A stretch of 63,801 nt of DNA, filler included, from Choristocarpus tenellus KU-1152 (GCA_964200185.2; 15 parts of 15 records of this genome joined end to end with filler, not necessarily neighbours in it), one strand, 5' to 3'. Numbered from the whole stretch's first letter, positions 38,185 through 51,359 are shown. Notes: generated by a model not told the origin, from the sequence alone. A program made the numbers and translations.

Positions 38185-38354
38185 GTGGTGGGAGGGGCGA
38201 ATTGTATGGAGGTGTCCATTTCGGTCAAACAACTCTTTTTTTTGCTGACATTTCAAATCCGACACGTGGGACCAAATCACACCAAAAAAGTGAAAATCAA
38301 AAAAAGAGTGAAAAACGTACGCCGGCACCCCCCCCCCCCCAGATACTTTGACCC
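38185..38354 (-). mobile_element. MITE family B' copy at contig start
   Basis: Reverse complement of 57811-57971; GTCCATTTCGG and CCCAGATACTTTGACCC. Confidence 0.82.
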
Positions 38355-38768
38355 AGATGGGACATAACAGTCAACCAGGTAAAAAACTTAGGTAATATAG
38401 CGTGATTGTAGATTCAAAAAGGACTTCTTGCCATGGAGTTTGCATCCTTCGGACAACCCCGCCCAACTCACCGGTACATACAAAGTCATGTCACCAATCA
38501 CTTCCCTCAGCTCATTCTGATAATTCCCGACCCCACATACTAGCTCCATCCATCTGGCACGGGGTGGAGGTACCCTTGGCCGGCTCGTGGCAAGGTAAGA
38601 TTGACACGTTCCATTGGCAATCTGCCCAAGCAAAAACATAAATTATTGTGGATATGATGTTCATTGTGTAAGCATTCGAATCCGCACTTTAAAGTGACTC
38701 TGGTTCATTGGTAATGAAGAATGCAATGGGAACAAGAAAAAGTGCACATTCATTCCAACGGAACAACT

Positions 38769-39053
38769 GATCCAAAGCATTTAAGAGGGTACAAGCTTTG
38801 CCCTGTGTGTCCATTTGGGACTTAGCTTACCACGTTTCTTTTTGCCCTTTTTCGGTTTTCTGTGTGAACACAGTGTTTCCTACTCTCGAATGTTTCAGAG
38901 TAGGTAAAATGTATGTGACTATATAAAAGGTGTGTCCGGAGCAAGGATATTGACACTTGATATCAAACACGATAGCCAAAATTCATCAAAATAGCAACTT
39001 TGGATTTATGGCCCCGAAAGGACGTGGCCCAACCCTCTTAAATGCTTTGAGTC
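38769..39053 (-). mobile_element. MITE family A' copy (CAAAGCATTTAAGAGGG termini)
   Basis: GATCCAAAGCATTTAAGAGGGT...ACCCTCTTAAATGCTTTGAGTC; interior homologous to A. Confidence 0.85.
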
Positions 39054-39237
39054 AATACAATGTATACTGAATGTACATTGTGACTAAATTGGTTGGCTAG
39101 TGTTGGATGAATGGGTGAATGGTATTATGTATCAACTGGTTTACCCCCTGTATTCGTGTTGGATGAACATGTTATAAAAAAGATAATCGACTGCATTGAG
39201 GTGCAGAGAGGGAATACCAATGGAATTCCTTCATTCT

Positions 39238-39500
39238 GAGTCAAAGTATCTTAGAGGGTAGAGCCGTGTCCATTTGAGGGCCAAATTCCAATATTGCAAT
39301 TTTGGTGTAATTTTGGCTATTGTGTGGTTAGGAAGTGTCAATGTCCTTGTTCCTGTCGCACCTTTACATAATAACATAACACTTTACCTACTCCGAAAAA
39401 ATTGGAGTAGGAAAATGTCATAAAAAAAACCATGGGAAGGCAAGCCTCAAACGGACAAACAGGGCAAAACTCGTACCCTAACCCTAAGATACTTTCACTC
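39238..39500 (+). mobile_element. MITE family A copy, TSD TCT
   Basis: TCT|GAGTCAAAGTATCTTAGAGGG...AAGATACTTTCACTC|TCT. Confidence 0.93.
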
Positions 39501-39999
39501 TCTAGGCGTGGTGGTGGTAGTTCTGTACATTGAAATCACGGTATTCATAAGGTCACACGAGTCAGATTACTGGTATTTTTTTCTTGAATATTGTGACAGC
39601 AAGCAACTCTGTTGAGGCACTTGAAGAGTAAACCAATCACAGTAGCCTAGTTTACATCATATTATCAGAGCACTTTCACTCGCAGATTCAAGGCAATCGC
39701 CAGCACTACTGTCCAAAGTATGTCAGACAATGAGCAGTTACTTGCACTGTATCACACACACTCTACCAATGTGGACATCATACCTTTTCTTCTTCACTAG
39801 ATTCTCACTATATTTTAAGGGCAAATGTTTGTGGCTCGTGTGGTTCATTGAGTTATAAATCATAATTTGGATATTACCTTCGTTTGCATGCAGTACAGAG
39901 TACAGAGAGAGGTAGTATACACCTTGTTGGACTTGAAAACCGCATCATTATACAACTTAATATTTTTGAGGTATACTTAACAAAATAATGTCCAGATAA

Positions 40000-41100
40000 T
40001 AGGTTTCACAGAGCACATGGAGCATCATAGGCCCAGAATGTTACCTTGGCAACGGATATTGCAGGGCAAAAGGGCTTGAGAGTTGTCCAAAGCAACAGAT
40101 ATTACAGACAAGTGGACTCCGAATGCTGTTCTGGACAACATATGTTTTGGAGTATGAGGCAAGGAGGTTGTTCCAACAACAAATTTTGCAGAATGTTCAG
40201 CTCCAGGCATTGTCCTTACAGCGAAAGTTATAGATATAATAGCTTTGAGCACTGTCCTTGACAGTGTGCAGAGAGTCAATGCTCCAAGAAGTTGTGGTAT
40301 ATCGCCTAGGTTCACAGAAGAACATGTTCATGCATGCTCAGGGACTAGTCGCGATGCACATTTAATAAAGTACCTGGATCGAGAGCTGTAATGATACCTC
40401 AGGGTTAATACAATTTCGCTGAAGAAGTTGGAATGGCGAGTGAGGATACTGCAGCATTTAAAAAAGAGGAAATACTTCATAAAGGTGCTGGGTGCAAGAG
40501 GAGGTGAGGATGTGCTGCATGAAACTTAAAAAGATAGTCCACAGCAGCTCCTTAGTGAAAATGTGTCAGTTAAAGTTCTATGCGCTCATGTGCATGCCGT
40601 AACCATTGAAGCATAGACCAAGAATGATCTCACAGTATACAAAACATGAGAAAACATATGGTAAGGGAAACTGAGCTTTGTCGTGGGCAACAGGCACTAT
40701 AAAGGACATTGCCCCCGAGTGCTGTCCTGACACCGGATGTTGCAGACCAAGGACCCCAAGGGATATCCCGAACAACAGACCAGCAGACGTCACTAAGAAG
40801 ATGGTCCCAAAGTAATATCCTGAAAACAGACATTGCAGAGCAAAGGTTCCAAGCAGTGCCCTCAACAGCATTTGACATGGAACAAAAGGCCTTGGGGCTT
40901 CCCTGCACAGTGGACACTGCAGACCATATAATTGGAAGCATGATGATGGCAGTGGTCCTGATAGGCCAAATTCGAGTCATGTAGGGCACTCCTAGCAATG
41001 ATTGTTATATTATCCAGGGTGCAAAGCGGTATATGGGGGTGGGACACAGCGAGAAGCAGCGTTCATATATCAAAATGACAAATTGGAGGATAATCTAAAA
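40000..41100 (+). pseudogene. Possible decayed hAT-like transposase
   Basis: TDKWTPN (cf. DxWT) and GAKRYMGVGHSEKQRSYI (cf. GCERNWS..HSKxRNxL dimerisation region); heavily disrupted. Confidence 0.35.
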
Positions 41101-41500
41101 GAGACAAAATACTGATTCTCCCTCCTTCCCACCATTGGGCATTGAACAACTACAGAGGGATAAATAGATATCGCATTCAGGATCTTACCCAACACCCAGA
41201 AATAGCGTCATAGTATGTGTTGTATCCTTCAGCATCAACCCGTATGCCACCATCCGCCCAGTACTGCTCCCCTGGCACCTCCACATTGTAGGTCTCGCCT
41301 TATTTGTTCCGAAGTTCCCATTTTAACCACAAGCCCCAAAGGATGGGAATGTGTGCAAGCAACAACATGCCACAGTATCATACAAACAAGAGGAAACAAT
41401 AATGGAGGAAATAGTGAGTATTGAAGTATCTTTTGGAGGGGATGCAATTCAAACTGGTCAGAAGCTTGGCACTGACATTCTCTATCCCCAAATATGTAAT

Positions 41501-41555
41501 GAGTCAAAGTATCTTAGAGGGTAGAGCCGCGTCCATTTGGGGGTCAAAATTCAAT
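41501..41555 (+). mobile_element. MITE family A, truncated at contig end
   Basis: GAGTCAAAGTATCTTAGAGGGTAGAGCCGCGTCCATTTGGGGG. Confidence 0.9.
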
Positions 41556-41655
41556 NNNNNNNNNNNNNNNNNNNNNNNNNNNNNNNNNNNNNNNNNNNNT
41601 TAATTAATTAANNNNNNNNNNNNNNNNNNNNNNNNNNNNNNNNNNNNNNNNNNNN

Positions 41656-41730
41656 GGGGTCGTGTGAGGCTTCACACCTTATTATCTTCACTACTAACAA
41701 ATAGCATTACCTCCCAAGGTAATTTGCACA
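41656..41730 (+). mobile_element. 3' part of the TGTGCAAA...TTTGCACA LTR at contig start
   Basis: Matches 13647-13721. Confidence 0.85.
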
Positions 41731-41824
41731 GTCTTGGTTATTTAGATTATTGCACTCGGGGTAGAACAAATAAAACATGAGAGGGTTATATTATTGCACT
41801 TGTGTTGTAAGACTTTATAATCAG

Positions 41825-42714
41825 TTAGTTGCTCAGCATGTGGTCGAGAAACTCTTCAATATCAATCCTTCCGTTCCCGTCCTTGTCAAAGCTTCCAAAG
41901 ATCTGGTCGAGCTCCGATTCTGTGAGTTTACAACCCGCAGCCGCCAACATTCTGTTTAGCTCCGCAACATTGAGTGCACCATCCTTGTTCTTGTTAACTG
42001 CTCGAAAAGCTACTGCAAACTCTTCCCTGGTGTTCTTGGTGGGCACACAGTAAGATGATACGTTTAGAGTATTAACGAAGTACTAGTACTCCAAAGTATA
42101 TAAATAGTACTAATAACCGTAGTATTAGATACCCAAAAGTATAGTAGATAGGTCGAAGAGAGTAAAGAAGATCAGGAGAAGCTTGAGAGGAATTGGGAAG
42201 AGGTAGTACAGACTATCTACGTCAGAACCTAAACTGTGGAACGAAGCCACAGTGTGAGTTCATCACACAATTCACCTTGAACATGATCTTGCTGATAATC
42301 AAGGTCTTGAATTCATCGTAATCTAGAGTCCCATTCCCGTTGTGGTCGTGCTTCTGTAGCATGTTAGCCATGTCATCTTCAGTTGGGTGCTGCCCCAGCG
42401 ACCATAATATCTCCCTCAGCTCGGATTGAGTCAAAGTCCCGTCTCGATCGCAGTCGAAAAGCTGCGCAGCAAGAAGAAGAGATTCCAACATATAACCAAT
42501 AGTGCAAGTTTGATACCTTGTCTCGATTTCCTTCTTTAGCGTCACTAGCTCTTCCCGTTGTGTCCTTTTCCTGGATTGTTACAGATACATATCTGTGCAT
42601 GTCCTATACAAGTTGAACCAATAGGACTCCTGGAACAAAGAAGTCCTGTACCTCGAAAATGGTCCGTAGTTCTTCCTCCTGGTCGTAGTTAATAGACTCC
42701 GTGTGTGACTGCAT
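41825..42714 (-). CDS. Calmodulin-like protein, four EF-hands, ~152 aa; exons 42714-42652, 42461-42276, 42034-41825
   Basis: MQSHTESINYDQEEELRTIFE|LFDCDRDGTLTQSEL..HDHNGNGTLDYDEF..K|NTREEFAVAFRAVNKNKDGALNVAEL..FDKDGNGRIDIEEF; GT-AG, phase 0. Confidence 0.9.
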
Positions 42715-43514
42715 TTTCGTAGGTTGTCCACAGAGTCACCCCGTGTCAATCACTATATTTTACTTACAGCAGAGTTAACCTATACTCCTATGCTAGTGGA
42801 GGAAATAGAAACACAATTCGGACTGTTTCTACTCTTTCTTGTTGTCAAACCACTATTTCTAGAACACAATGATGATGTGATGCGCTATCACAAACTAGAG
42901 AGTAGAAGTTACCATCATCACACCACCACTTACTACTTACTCATCGAGGACCCTAACACCAGCAGACAGTACGTACATAAGCATTGGAATTCTATCAAAC
43001 CCAGTAACAGTCAACTATTCGTACAAATCTATAGATACGTCGACACAAGGGTCTGTCTTGAAGTTGGCATAACATTTGAAACAACAATTAGAAGTGGTGT
43101 GTATTTACAGGTTTCTTCTAGACTCCAAAAACACAGCACTGTAGTTGTACAAGTCGGTACTTTAGCAATTCCGACCCAAGCGACACAATATAGAAACGAC
43201 AACTTTCTTCTAACGAAACAATACACAGACAGTTACTCGTTGATCTCTTCTCCCTATTCTTTACATGTTTCACCTTTTATGCAGACGACGAGATGAACAG
43301 CTTCTGGTAGCAATAGAGATCAACATGCAGACACACGAACATAGAGAGCGATAAATGTTATTGCAGTGATTCGTGAATAATTAATCCCCCCAGCAATGGT
43401 GGGATGCACTGGGAGTCACTGTGATATTGTATCAAGTCAAGGTCAGGGCTATATTCATTCGCTTCATGCACTGTCATTCTCATACAACGTCCCAACGCCA
43501 CAGGGTGCAGGAGG

Positions 43515-46500
43515 ATGGTAAAAGCTGTAGGACTCTCTCTTCCCATCTTATCCAAACATCCGCTCGAGGAAGGAGACAAGAGTCGTAGGCTTGACACTCC
43601 TCGGAACGTAAAATTGTTGAGGACTTGCTATGGTCCTAGCGATGCCAACCCCTTGTACAGTGGTGGTACACCAACTGAAGACTGGACACAACAGGCCATT
43701 GTTGGAAGCCAAGTATGCGAGGAATCGGACCAATATACGCTAGAGAGTGGACAGTCTAATGAACAACCTCACAAGCGTCTACAGGCCAGTGAAACTTGTT
43801 CCAAGGATAGCGTTAGCTTGACCGGAAACTACTTGGATGAGGTGCCACTTCTGCCGAGTCAATTGCAAGGACTAACACTGGAGCAGGAGCTCAACGAGAG
43901 CTGGGCTACGCACAATGTAGGGAACCAACCTCAAATGCAGCATGCCTCAATGCTGGGTACAGTGCAAAGCAGCAAGGAGAGGACCCGGGTTGAGTTGGAG
44001 TCCAGTAAAGGCGATTCAGCCCATGTCTTGCACCCGCGACACGCCACCACTTCCAAGGGACTAAAGCAACATAATCATCTAGCAAAAGCTTGTGCAACTA
44101 GAGCAGATAATAGCAATAATTACACTGCCCGAAATTATGTAGATGTTAGGCACCCCAAGCGCAAGAAGGTTGGCAGGAAGGTAGGCACGATATTGGGAGA
44201 TAACCACAGGCGCTTCTCTTACATACTCCGCCAGTACTGGTTAATGAGCCCACGTGAGAGGCAGAAACGACAGTATTATGTGGAGCAAGCAGAGAGCAAA
44301 GGGTTGATGCAAGCACTGCGATTTTTCCTGAAGAAAAATGATGCCGAATTCATCAGCAAGCAGTTGCTTGTCCAGGTAGGGCAGGACAGCTGTGACATAA
44401 GCGTTGTACAGTTTTCCAGCACCGGAAACTCTCTTTGATTAAAGTCAAGTGCTCAGCTCATTCACTTTGTAAATAATTTATCCCTCTTATTGTCTCTAAT
44501 ACACGGTGTGCAGGCTACCAAATACTGTAAATGTATTCTGCATCTGGGAGAGCTGGAGAAGGAACTGCTCAACGGTGGTCTGGATATTAACCAGCAACAA
44601 ATATTTTTGCTGATGGCATTACTTGATCCAGAGGGCCGTGGATATATCACAGTTGATGAGCTAACACTCTTTGCAAGACTCCTTCGCAATCTAAAAGTTG
44701 GTTGTGAAGTCAAACCTGCTGTCCCATTAACTGTCCGAAAAACAGGCCTCAAGTCAAAACCTACAAGCCGCATCCCAACAGCCCTTTTGACCCCTCTCCA
44801 GCTTTATACCAGCACAGCATCATCTCCAAACAAAGAAAAGGGATACCCCCACGTAACCTCTTTAACAAGAGGTAGAGCTCAGAGTGGTAAAAGAGTAAAT
44901 GGGAAGTTCAGACAAGTTCTCACACTGGACATATCAGACCCTGAGATCGATACATTGACTGCTTACATCATGCAAGCAGCAGCAGAGTTGGAGAAACATG
45001 ACGACAATGCCATTAAAGACAACGTAGAAGAAGAAGATGTACATACAAGAGAAAGAGAAGTACAGGTGAAACACCAGGGCAATGAGTTAGAAGGGACGGC
45101 CAGGAATGGTTCAGTCTGTGATAATGGGAATCAAACTCCAGAAAAGGTGGAGGAAGACGGAGTGAGTACCACAGAGAGAGGCCCAATACACCGACTAGTG
45201 TCGGTCTTGTTTGTGTTGCGGGCAGCAGCAAGGTGTTCTGAAGGGATTAAGGTGGATATCAGGGGGGGGGGGGATGAGGCAGTTCCTAGTTCAGCAGAGA
45301 GGGTGTGCTATGCTTTGAGTGCACTGGAAGAACTGTGGTCATACAATGACACTGGCTGCAACCCTGAGAGGTCAACAAATAAAATATCCCAAGAGCGACC
45401 AGAGACAGATACATTCAGTGACGAGGAGATTATGGCTGCTGTTAACTTGTTCAATAATAGAGACAAAGGAGGTGCATGTCTGAACGATGTGATGTCAATT
45501 TTTCGCTTAATTCGCAACTCAAAGGTCAGTGCATGCCACGTACCAGACAATGCCCTACCCACCTTACTGACCTTGGGGCGATTTCTACACGAGAAAGGCC
45601 TAACAGCCAGGGAATTCGTAGGGAGGGCCATGGTGGCCGGAGGAGGAGGCTGCGGGCCTTCCTCGGTTAGTGATAAGAAGAACTGTCCTGTAACAGCAAC
45701 TGTGGCTAACGTCAGATCATATCTTGCGGGGGAACTAGGCTTTACACCCACTCAGCAGGATCATTTGATCAGCTGCGTTGACTTTGAAGCAACTGGCATT
45801 GTATGGGGCTCTCAAGTATCCAGTGCAGTGCGAAGAGCCAACATGATACTTCAGCATAGACGATATAACAGACAAGGCAAGCAATCTCCTGGGAGCGGTC
45901 AGTCTGTGGATGCATGCAAGAAAATCATGTTCTCACCTCATGTTGAGGGGGGTAAGGGGCAAGCTAAGGGTGCTACAGCAACACTATCACGAGTCCTTCC
46001 CAGGTATCGGCCACAACAGGTACAGCGGTCTTGTTTCAATAGAGAAGATGCGGCAATTTTGATTGACTTCTTTGTCAGAGAATGTGGGGATGGCGGACTG
46101 AGGGGTGTGACCCTTCAAGGAGTGCTAGCATTATGGCACCAACTAAAGCAGCAGGAGGGAGGTGTCCAGGCCTATGCAGCAGGCAGGGCCACTTTGCTGA
46201 AGTTGAGAAAGGAATTAGGACAGAAGGGTATCAAAACATGTGAATGGTTTGAAACACTTGAGGGCGTCAAGGTTACCAAGGGGGGGGAAATGTGCGTTCC
46301 AATTGAATCCGTCAGGGTCGGGGTTAAAGCACTCGTGGGTGACCTGCTGAAGCAATCCACAGCCCTCCACGAGATCCCTGCTGATCCTGAACGAGGAGAT
46401 GAAGTTCAAGGAGCAAAGGATGGTGACACACATTGTGATGTATACCATGGGATGTTGGATCAAGAATGGGACATGGACACGGTGAAGAGACTCTGTGATC

Positions 46501-47537
46501 ATTTGGATCCTTGTGGGGATGGATGGGTTACATTGAGTAATTTCCAGCAAGACCTGCTACACAGCTACAATGATATCATATCTTTACCTGACACTTGTGT
46601 GCAGGCAGCTGGGAATCGCCTGGAGGTTGCACTTCAAGCACAAGGACAGGGGAATCCCTGTTCAATGCTCCTTAACCTTGACAGGGAAGCAAATGTAGGA
46701 ACTGCTTTTCGAAGTGAAAAAGGGAGGGGAGTGGAGAGGATCGCAGTTGGGGGAGGTAATAGTCAGCCTGGGCGATTTGCAGTAAGACTAAAAAAGCGAC
46801 TTGATGAGATAGCTCTAATGGCATTCATCAACCCAGCTCGTGACTTGGAGCAAGGTGTGAGGGAAGCTAGATTGGCCTGTGCCAGGGAAGTTGTAGAAGA
46901 GGTGAGATTTCCTAAGGACACTATGTCCTGCTTTTGTGTTCTCATGCTCCTGTAGTACTGTATTGTTATTCATGAAGAACACACGACTTTGGATCATTTA
47001 TCCCGAGGAGCATTGAACTGGGTTGCAGTAGGAGCCAAAGTATCTTAGAGGGTAGAGCTGCGTCCACTTGGGGGTCAAAATCCAATGTTGCAATTCGATG
47101 TAATTTTGGCTATCATGTTTGTTAGGAAGTATCAATATCCTTGTTCTGGACACACCTTTTCAAAATATATACATTTTTCCTACTCCGAAATTCTTTTGGA
47201 GTGGGAAAATGTAATAAAAACCTCGAGGGAAGCCAAGTCCCAAATGGACAATCAGGGCAAAACTTGTACCCTCTAAGGTATTTTCACTCTAGGTGAGGCA
47301 GGTCCAGCACCACCCAGCAGTCATTCTCCCTATCCCACTCTGCTCCACTGTTCAGGGCTGAATGGTTACAATACTCATAGAAGCTCTACTCCCATCCCTC
47401 CAATTAACCAGGAATGGCAGCGGAAAGAAGACGAAATGTTAGCCCTGAAAGCAAGGCTAGCATTGGCACAACGAAATGGTGCACTGCAGACAATCGAGAG
47501 GATCGATAGGAAGTTGGTGAAGGAAGGGAAGCGCATA
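43515..47537 (+). CDS. Large protein with degenerate EF-hand-like loops, 3' incomplete; exons 43515-44375, 44514-46901, 47412-47537
   Basis: 861- and 2388-bp open exons, phase-0 GT-AG junctions; loops LDPEGRGYITVDEL, FNNRDKGGACLNDV, LDPCGDGWVTLSNF. Confidence 0.8.
47032..47289 (+). mobile_element. MITE family A in intron, TSD TAG
   Basis: TAG|GAGCCAAAGTATCTTAGAGGG...CTAAGGTATTTTCACTC|TAG. Confidence 0.93.
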
Positions 47538-47995
47538 GTGAGCGAGTTTTGTCATGCAGGCTCGGGAGTGGTGAGACCTACAGCACCGTAGTTGCTATTG
47601 GACTAGATATTAAATTCTTACTATGTAGCGGAAGGAGACTTATCACAAATGTGTGAGGTTCTGGGATGAATTTTTGACTCGCGGAGGAAAAAAAAAAGTT
47701 TAGCTTCCAAGGAGACATTATCCTCTGCCTTCCAGAGTATAAGGCTGAGACAAATATTCAGTTAATTTTGTGATCCACCTTTAATTGAAGTAAAGTAAAG
47801 TAGTCAAACCTGCTTGCTCCTTAATTGGGTGGAGAGGGCCGTACTGGAGGTGGCCTATTCCCCCCCCCCAGCCTACCTACAGGAAGACAATAGATNNNNN
47901 NNNNNNNNNNNNNNNNNNNNNNNNNNNNNNNNNNNNNNNTTAATTAATTAANNNNNNNNNNNNNNNNNNNNNNNNNNNNNNNNNNNNNNNNNNNN

Positions 47996-48028
47996 GCAAA
48001 ACTCGTACCCTCTAAGATACTTTCACTC
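47996..48028 (+). mobile_element. MITE family A right end at contig start
   Basis: GCAAAACTCGTACCCTCTAAGATACTTTCACTC. Confidence 0.88.
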
Positions 48029-48102
48029 TGTTCCCTAACCACCTAATATGTACATTCAGAATGCATGTGTGTGTACATATCATTGTCCCTCCACCACTGC
48101 AG

Positions 48103-48393
48103 GAGGAGCACACAGTTATCATTGAGACGACTGATGAGAGGGTCGCAGCAGGGAGGTCTGTGGGTTCCGACTTCATTCCCTTGACTCAATTCCCTGGCCT
48201 TGGTCCCCTTGTGTTTGGGAAGAAGAAGGAGGAGATCACAAAAAAGAATAATCCAATGGCTCAGTCAAGCAAAGTGACAGAGTTGACCATAACCGATACT
48301 ACTAATAGCAAGTCAAGGGTGAGAGCAAGTGCAAACATGCTCAGAGTGACAGGTTCAGAGATTCCTGCTGCTACAACCCGTATGTTCACATGA
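48103..48393 (+). CDS. Probable terminal exon of an unknown protein
   Basis: CCACTGCAG| acceptor, 96 open codons to TGA. Confidence 0.45.
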   Translation, partial: EEHTVIIETTDERVAAGRSVGSDFIPLTQFPGLGPLVFGKKKEEITKKNNPMAQSSKVTELTITDTTNSKSRVRASANMLRVTGSEIPAATTRMFT

Positions 48394-48901
48394 GACACTG
48401 TCTGACTGGAACATTGTATTTCCTGCCTCGTCGTGATAATATTATTAGTTGCGTTCTTAGAGCCACAGGTAACTAGTACTGGTGTGGCAAGCAACAGATA
48501 CTGTGAGCATCTCCGATGAAGTGGATATTGTTTTTATGAAGTTCTTGTTTGGCACACCTACACTGCTCAGCTCTGCCGAAGTTGTTCACAGAGTAAGAAG
48601 GAACAGTCAAAATTTGCTCTTGCTTCTGACTATCTTTGGGGTCCATAACAAGGCAGTCTGTTCACACTACTGATTATGGAGTTTGTTGGTGGTTGTGGTA
48701 TTTTCACCATGTGACAAGAAAATTCTAATAAGAAGCATTCCAAATGATAAAAAGTTCAGTGCAAAAGAAGGGACTTACTTCGTTCTCTACAAAGTACGTC
48801 CTTGGAGTATGGTGCCCCCATTCCTTGAATGGTGACAGCAGTGGTAGGGACCTACTTGTTGTGGTTATGTAATCTATAGAAAGCAAATGTCACCAGCAAA
48901 T

Positions 48902-49077
48902 GGCTCAAAGTATCTGGGGGTGGTGGTGGCTGTCCATTTGGGGCCAATTTTTTCAAGTCGCGATTTTTGGGTGATTTGGTTGCATATGTCGGATGGATAA
49001 TGGAAGTGCACTTTTCCTGGTTATGACCCAAATGGACACCCTGGTGTAGACCCCCCTCCCCCCAGATACGTTTGATC
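48902..49077 (+). mobile_element. MITE family B full copy (~176 bp), TSD AAT
   Basis: AAT|GGCTCAAAGTATCTGGGGG...CCCCAGATACGTTTGATC|AAT. Confidence 0.9.
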
Positions 49078-49760
49078 AATGTATGACAATAACAAGAGCG
49101 ATTTTCACCACCCCCATCTTAAGCCCTAAACCTCTATCCTAAAGTCCTCTGGGGAAGTAAGTTGTCTTTAGCTGAATTCACCTATGCTGAATACTGAATA
49201 ATGCTGCAAACTCAAAGAATAGTCTCATAGTAAATAGTAAATTCCTTTTACATTCTCAACAGCACTTAGCTGTGGGCTGTTTTCGTTGCTGATTTGGTCC
49301 CTCTGTAGGCACTTGACTTCACAGAGAAAGTATAGGGGAACGTTAGAAAAAAAATATGCCTACACACACCAAAAGTATCAAATCATCTTATCTAGTGCAT
49401 TTTTTAAAATGGGTTTCACTGACTCACTATTTTTTTCTCTTGGTGAAAGTAGTTTGTTGAAATAAAAAGGTTTCGTATGGGGTTGTGTCTGTTTGCGCAT
49501 GCGCTGTTGGCTGTTATAGCGGCTGTTCGGATGTAAAAAGTGTGCACATGAAAAAAAAGCATATGTTAGAGGTGAGAGCCTTCTATCGAGATTAGCTGTT
49601 TCAGGGTTTTGTTCACCTGCATACGACATCTACCATGCAGGACAGATCCTTACTGAAAGTTACCTGAACGGGTGACAACGCTTGATGCAACAGAGTATTA
49701 TGATGCATAAAGTGTCACCATGCTAAGGAGATACTCCCTTTGCGTTTTTGGCATTGTATC

Positions 49761-50028
49761 GAGTGAAAGTATCTTAGAGGGTAGAGGTTTTGTCCTGTTT
49801 GTCCATTTGTGGTTGGGGCTGGGGCACTTCCCTCGGGTCCTTTATGATATTTCACCTACTCCAAAATGTTTTGGGAGTAGGTAAAATGTATATGTTATGA
49901 TTAGGTGTGTCTGGAACAAGGATATTGACACTTCCTAACAAACACAATAGCTAAAATTACATCAAATTTCAACATTGGATTTTGGTTGCCAAAAGGACGA
50001 GGCTCTACCCTCTAACATATTTTGACTG
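49761..50028 (-). mobile_element. MITE family A copy, TSD ATC
   Basis: ATC|GAGTGAAAGTATCTTAGAGGG...CCCTCTAACATATTTTGACTG|ATC. Confidence 0.92.
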
Positions 50029-51359
50029 ATCCCCACTTCTCATAATTCTGCCTGTATTGTTTTTGGGCCACAAATGTATTCTCAAACTTTTTTCGTTTAT
50101 TTACCGATTTTGATCGTTTTCGTTCTCTTTATCTGGCTTTTTCTGACACTATTTTCAACGTTCTTGGGTGATTTGTGGCATTTCGTGGACATTTTTTTCC
50201 CCTTTCCCTCTTCCTCTCGAGACTATTCAACAACCTTTCTTTACAAACTTTGTCCATTCATTCACGCCTTTACCTGCACTTTCCAATTTATTTTTATTGT
50301 CCATGAAGAACGAAATGGTAAGACTCCCACTGAAAGAAAGCGCGTGAACTTTGTACCTGCATGCAAGTGTGTGTGGGTAGGAATCTGCACCCTCTGCAAA
50401 CAAAATATCAATATGTTACCGGATCAGAAAGCTGCACACCTTTTGCTATTGTCCTGGCTAAGTTGTCACTACATTTGAAGAGAGGAGTACTGCTTACACT
50501 GAACCGTCCTTTGCCATGAATCCCTGAGGTACACTCCACCGATCAACAAAGAAGAAGAAAGAAGCACATAAGGTCCTTTGAAAGGCAACAAATATATCAG
50601 CAGCTTTCAAAATGAGAGTTGACATCCGCAAGCGCATGCATTCTGTGTTGTATCCATCTAGAGAAAATATACCAAAATTGCAATCCACACTTGCCTACCC
50701 AGACAGGTTAGTTATCCTCTTCTGTCCCAGCTTCACGCTATCCCTACTTTGTGCGAGCATTGCGAATTTTAACATATTTTTCGATCGCTCCAAACAACTT
50801 CAATGTGGGTTGGAGTTACTGTTCTGGAAGTGATATAGGAGATGAGTTTGGTGAACGTACTTCATATTTTCTGATAGATTACCGTCTATATTTGCATGAA
50901 CGAGGGGTAGATGTCGTGACACCATTGACCATTGACAAAAGGAATCTAAAGTATCTGTGGGGGNNNNNNNNNNNNNNNNNNNNNNNNNNNNNNNNNNNNN
51001 NNNNNNNTTAATTAATTAANNNNNNNNNNNNNNNNNNNNNNNNNNNNNNNNNNNNNNNNNNNNGGAGAGGGAGGGGGAGAGGGAGGGGGAGGGGGAGGGG
51101 ATGGGGGGGCTTTGCTTGGAGGGGTGGGAGGAGAGTGTGTGGTCTTTCTTAAGGGGGGTAGGCTTTGCGTGCAGTGCAGTATTGTGGTGTGTATTTTATT
51201 TTTTCTGTGGGCAAGGATGGTATGCGCAGTTTTCGTAGGTCATTTCCTGTTTTTACGGTTTTGATTTCAGAGCAAAGAGAGTGTACGTGTAGAGTTGATC
51301 GTTCTGAGCAAAGAGAGTATACCAGCCGCCCTCCTGGCCTCCTTGTCAATCCCTGGAAG

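Noticed and set aside
42724-43296. 190-aa ORF between the divergent genes
   Set aside because: Non-ATG start and no motif; lies in the presumed shared promoter/UTR region
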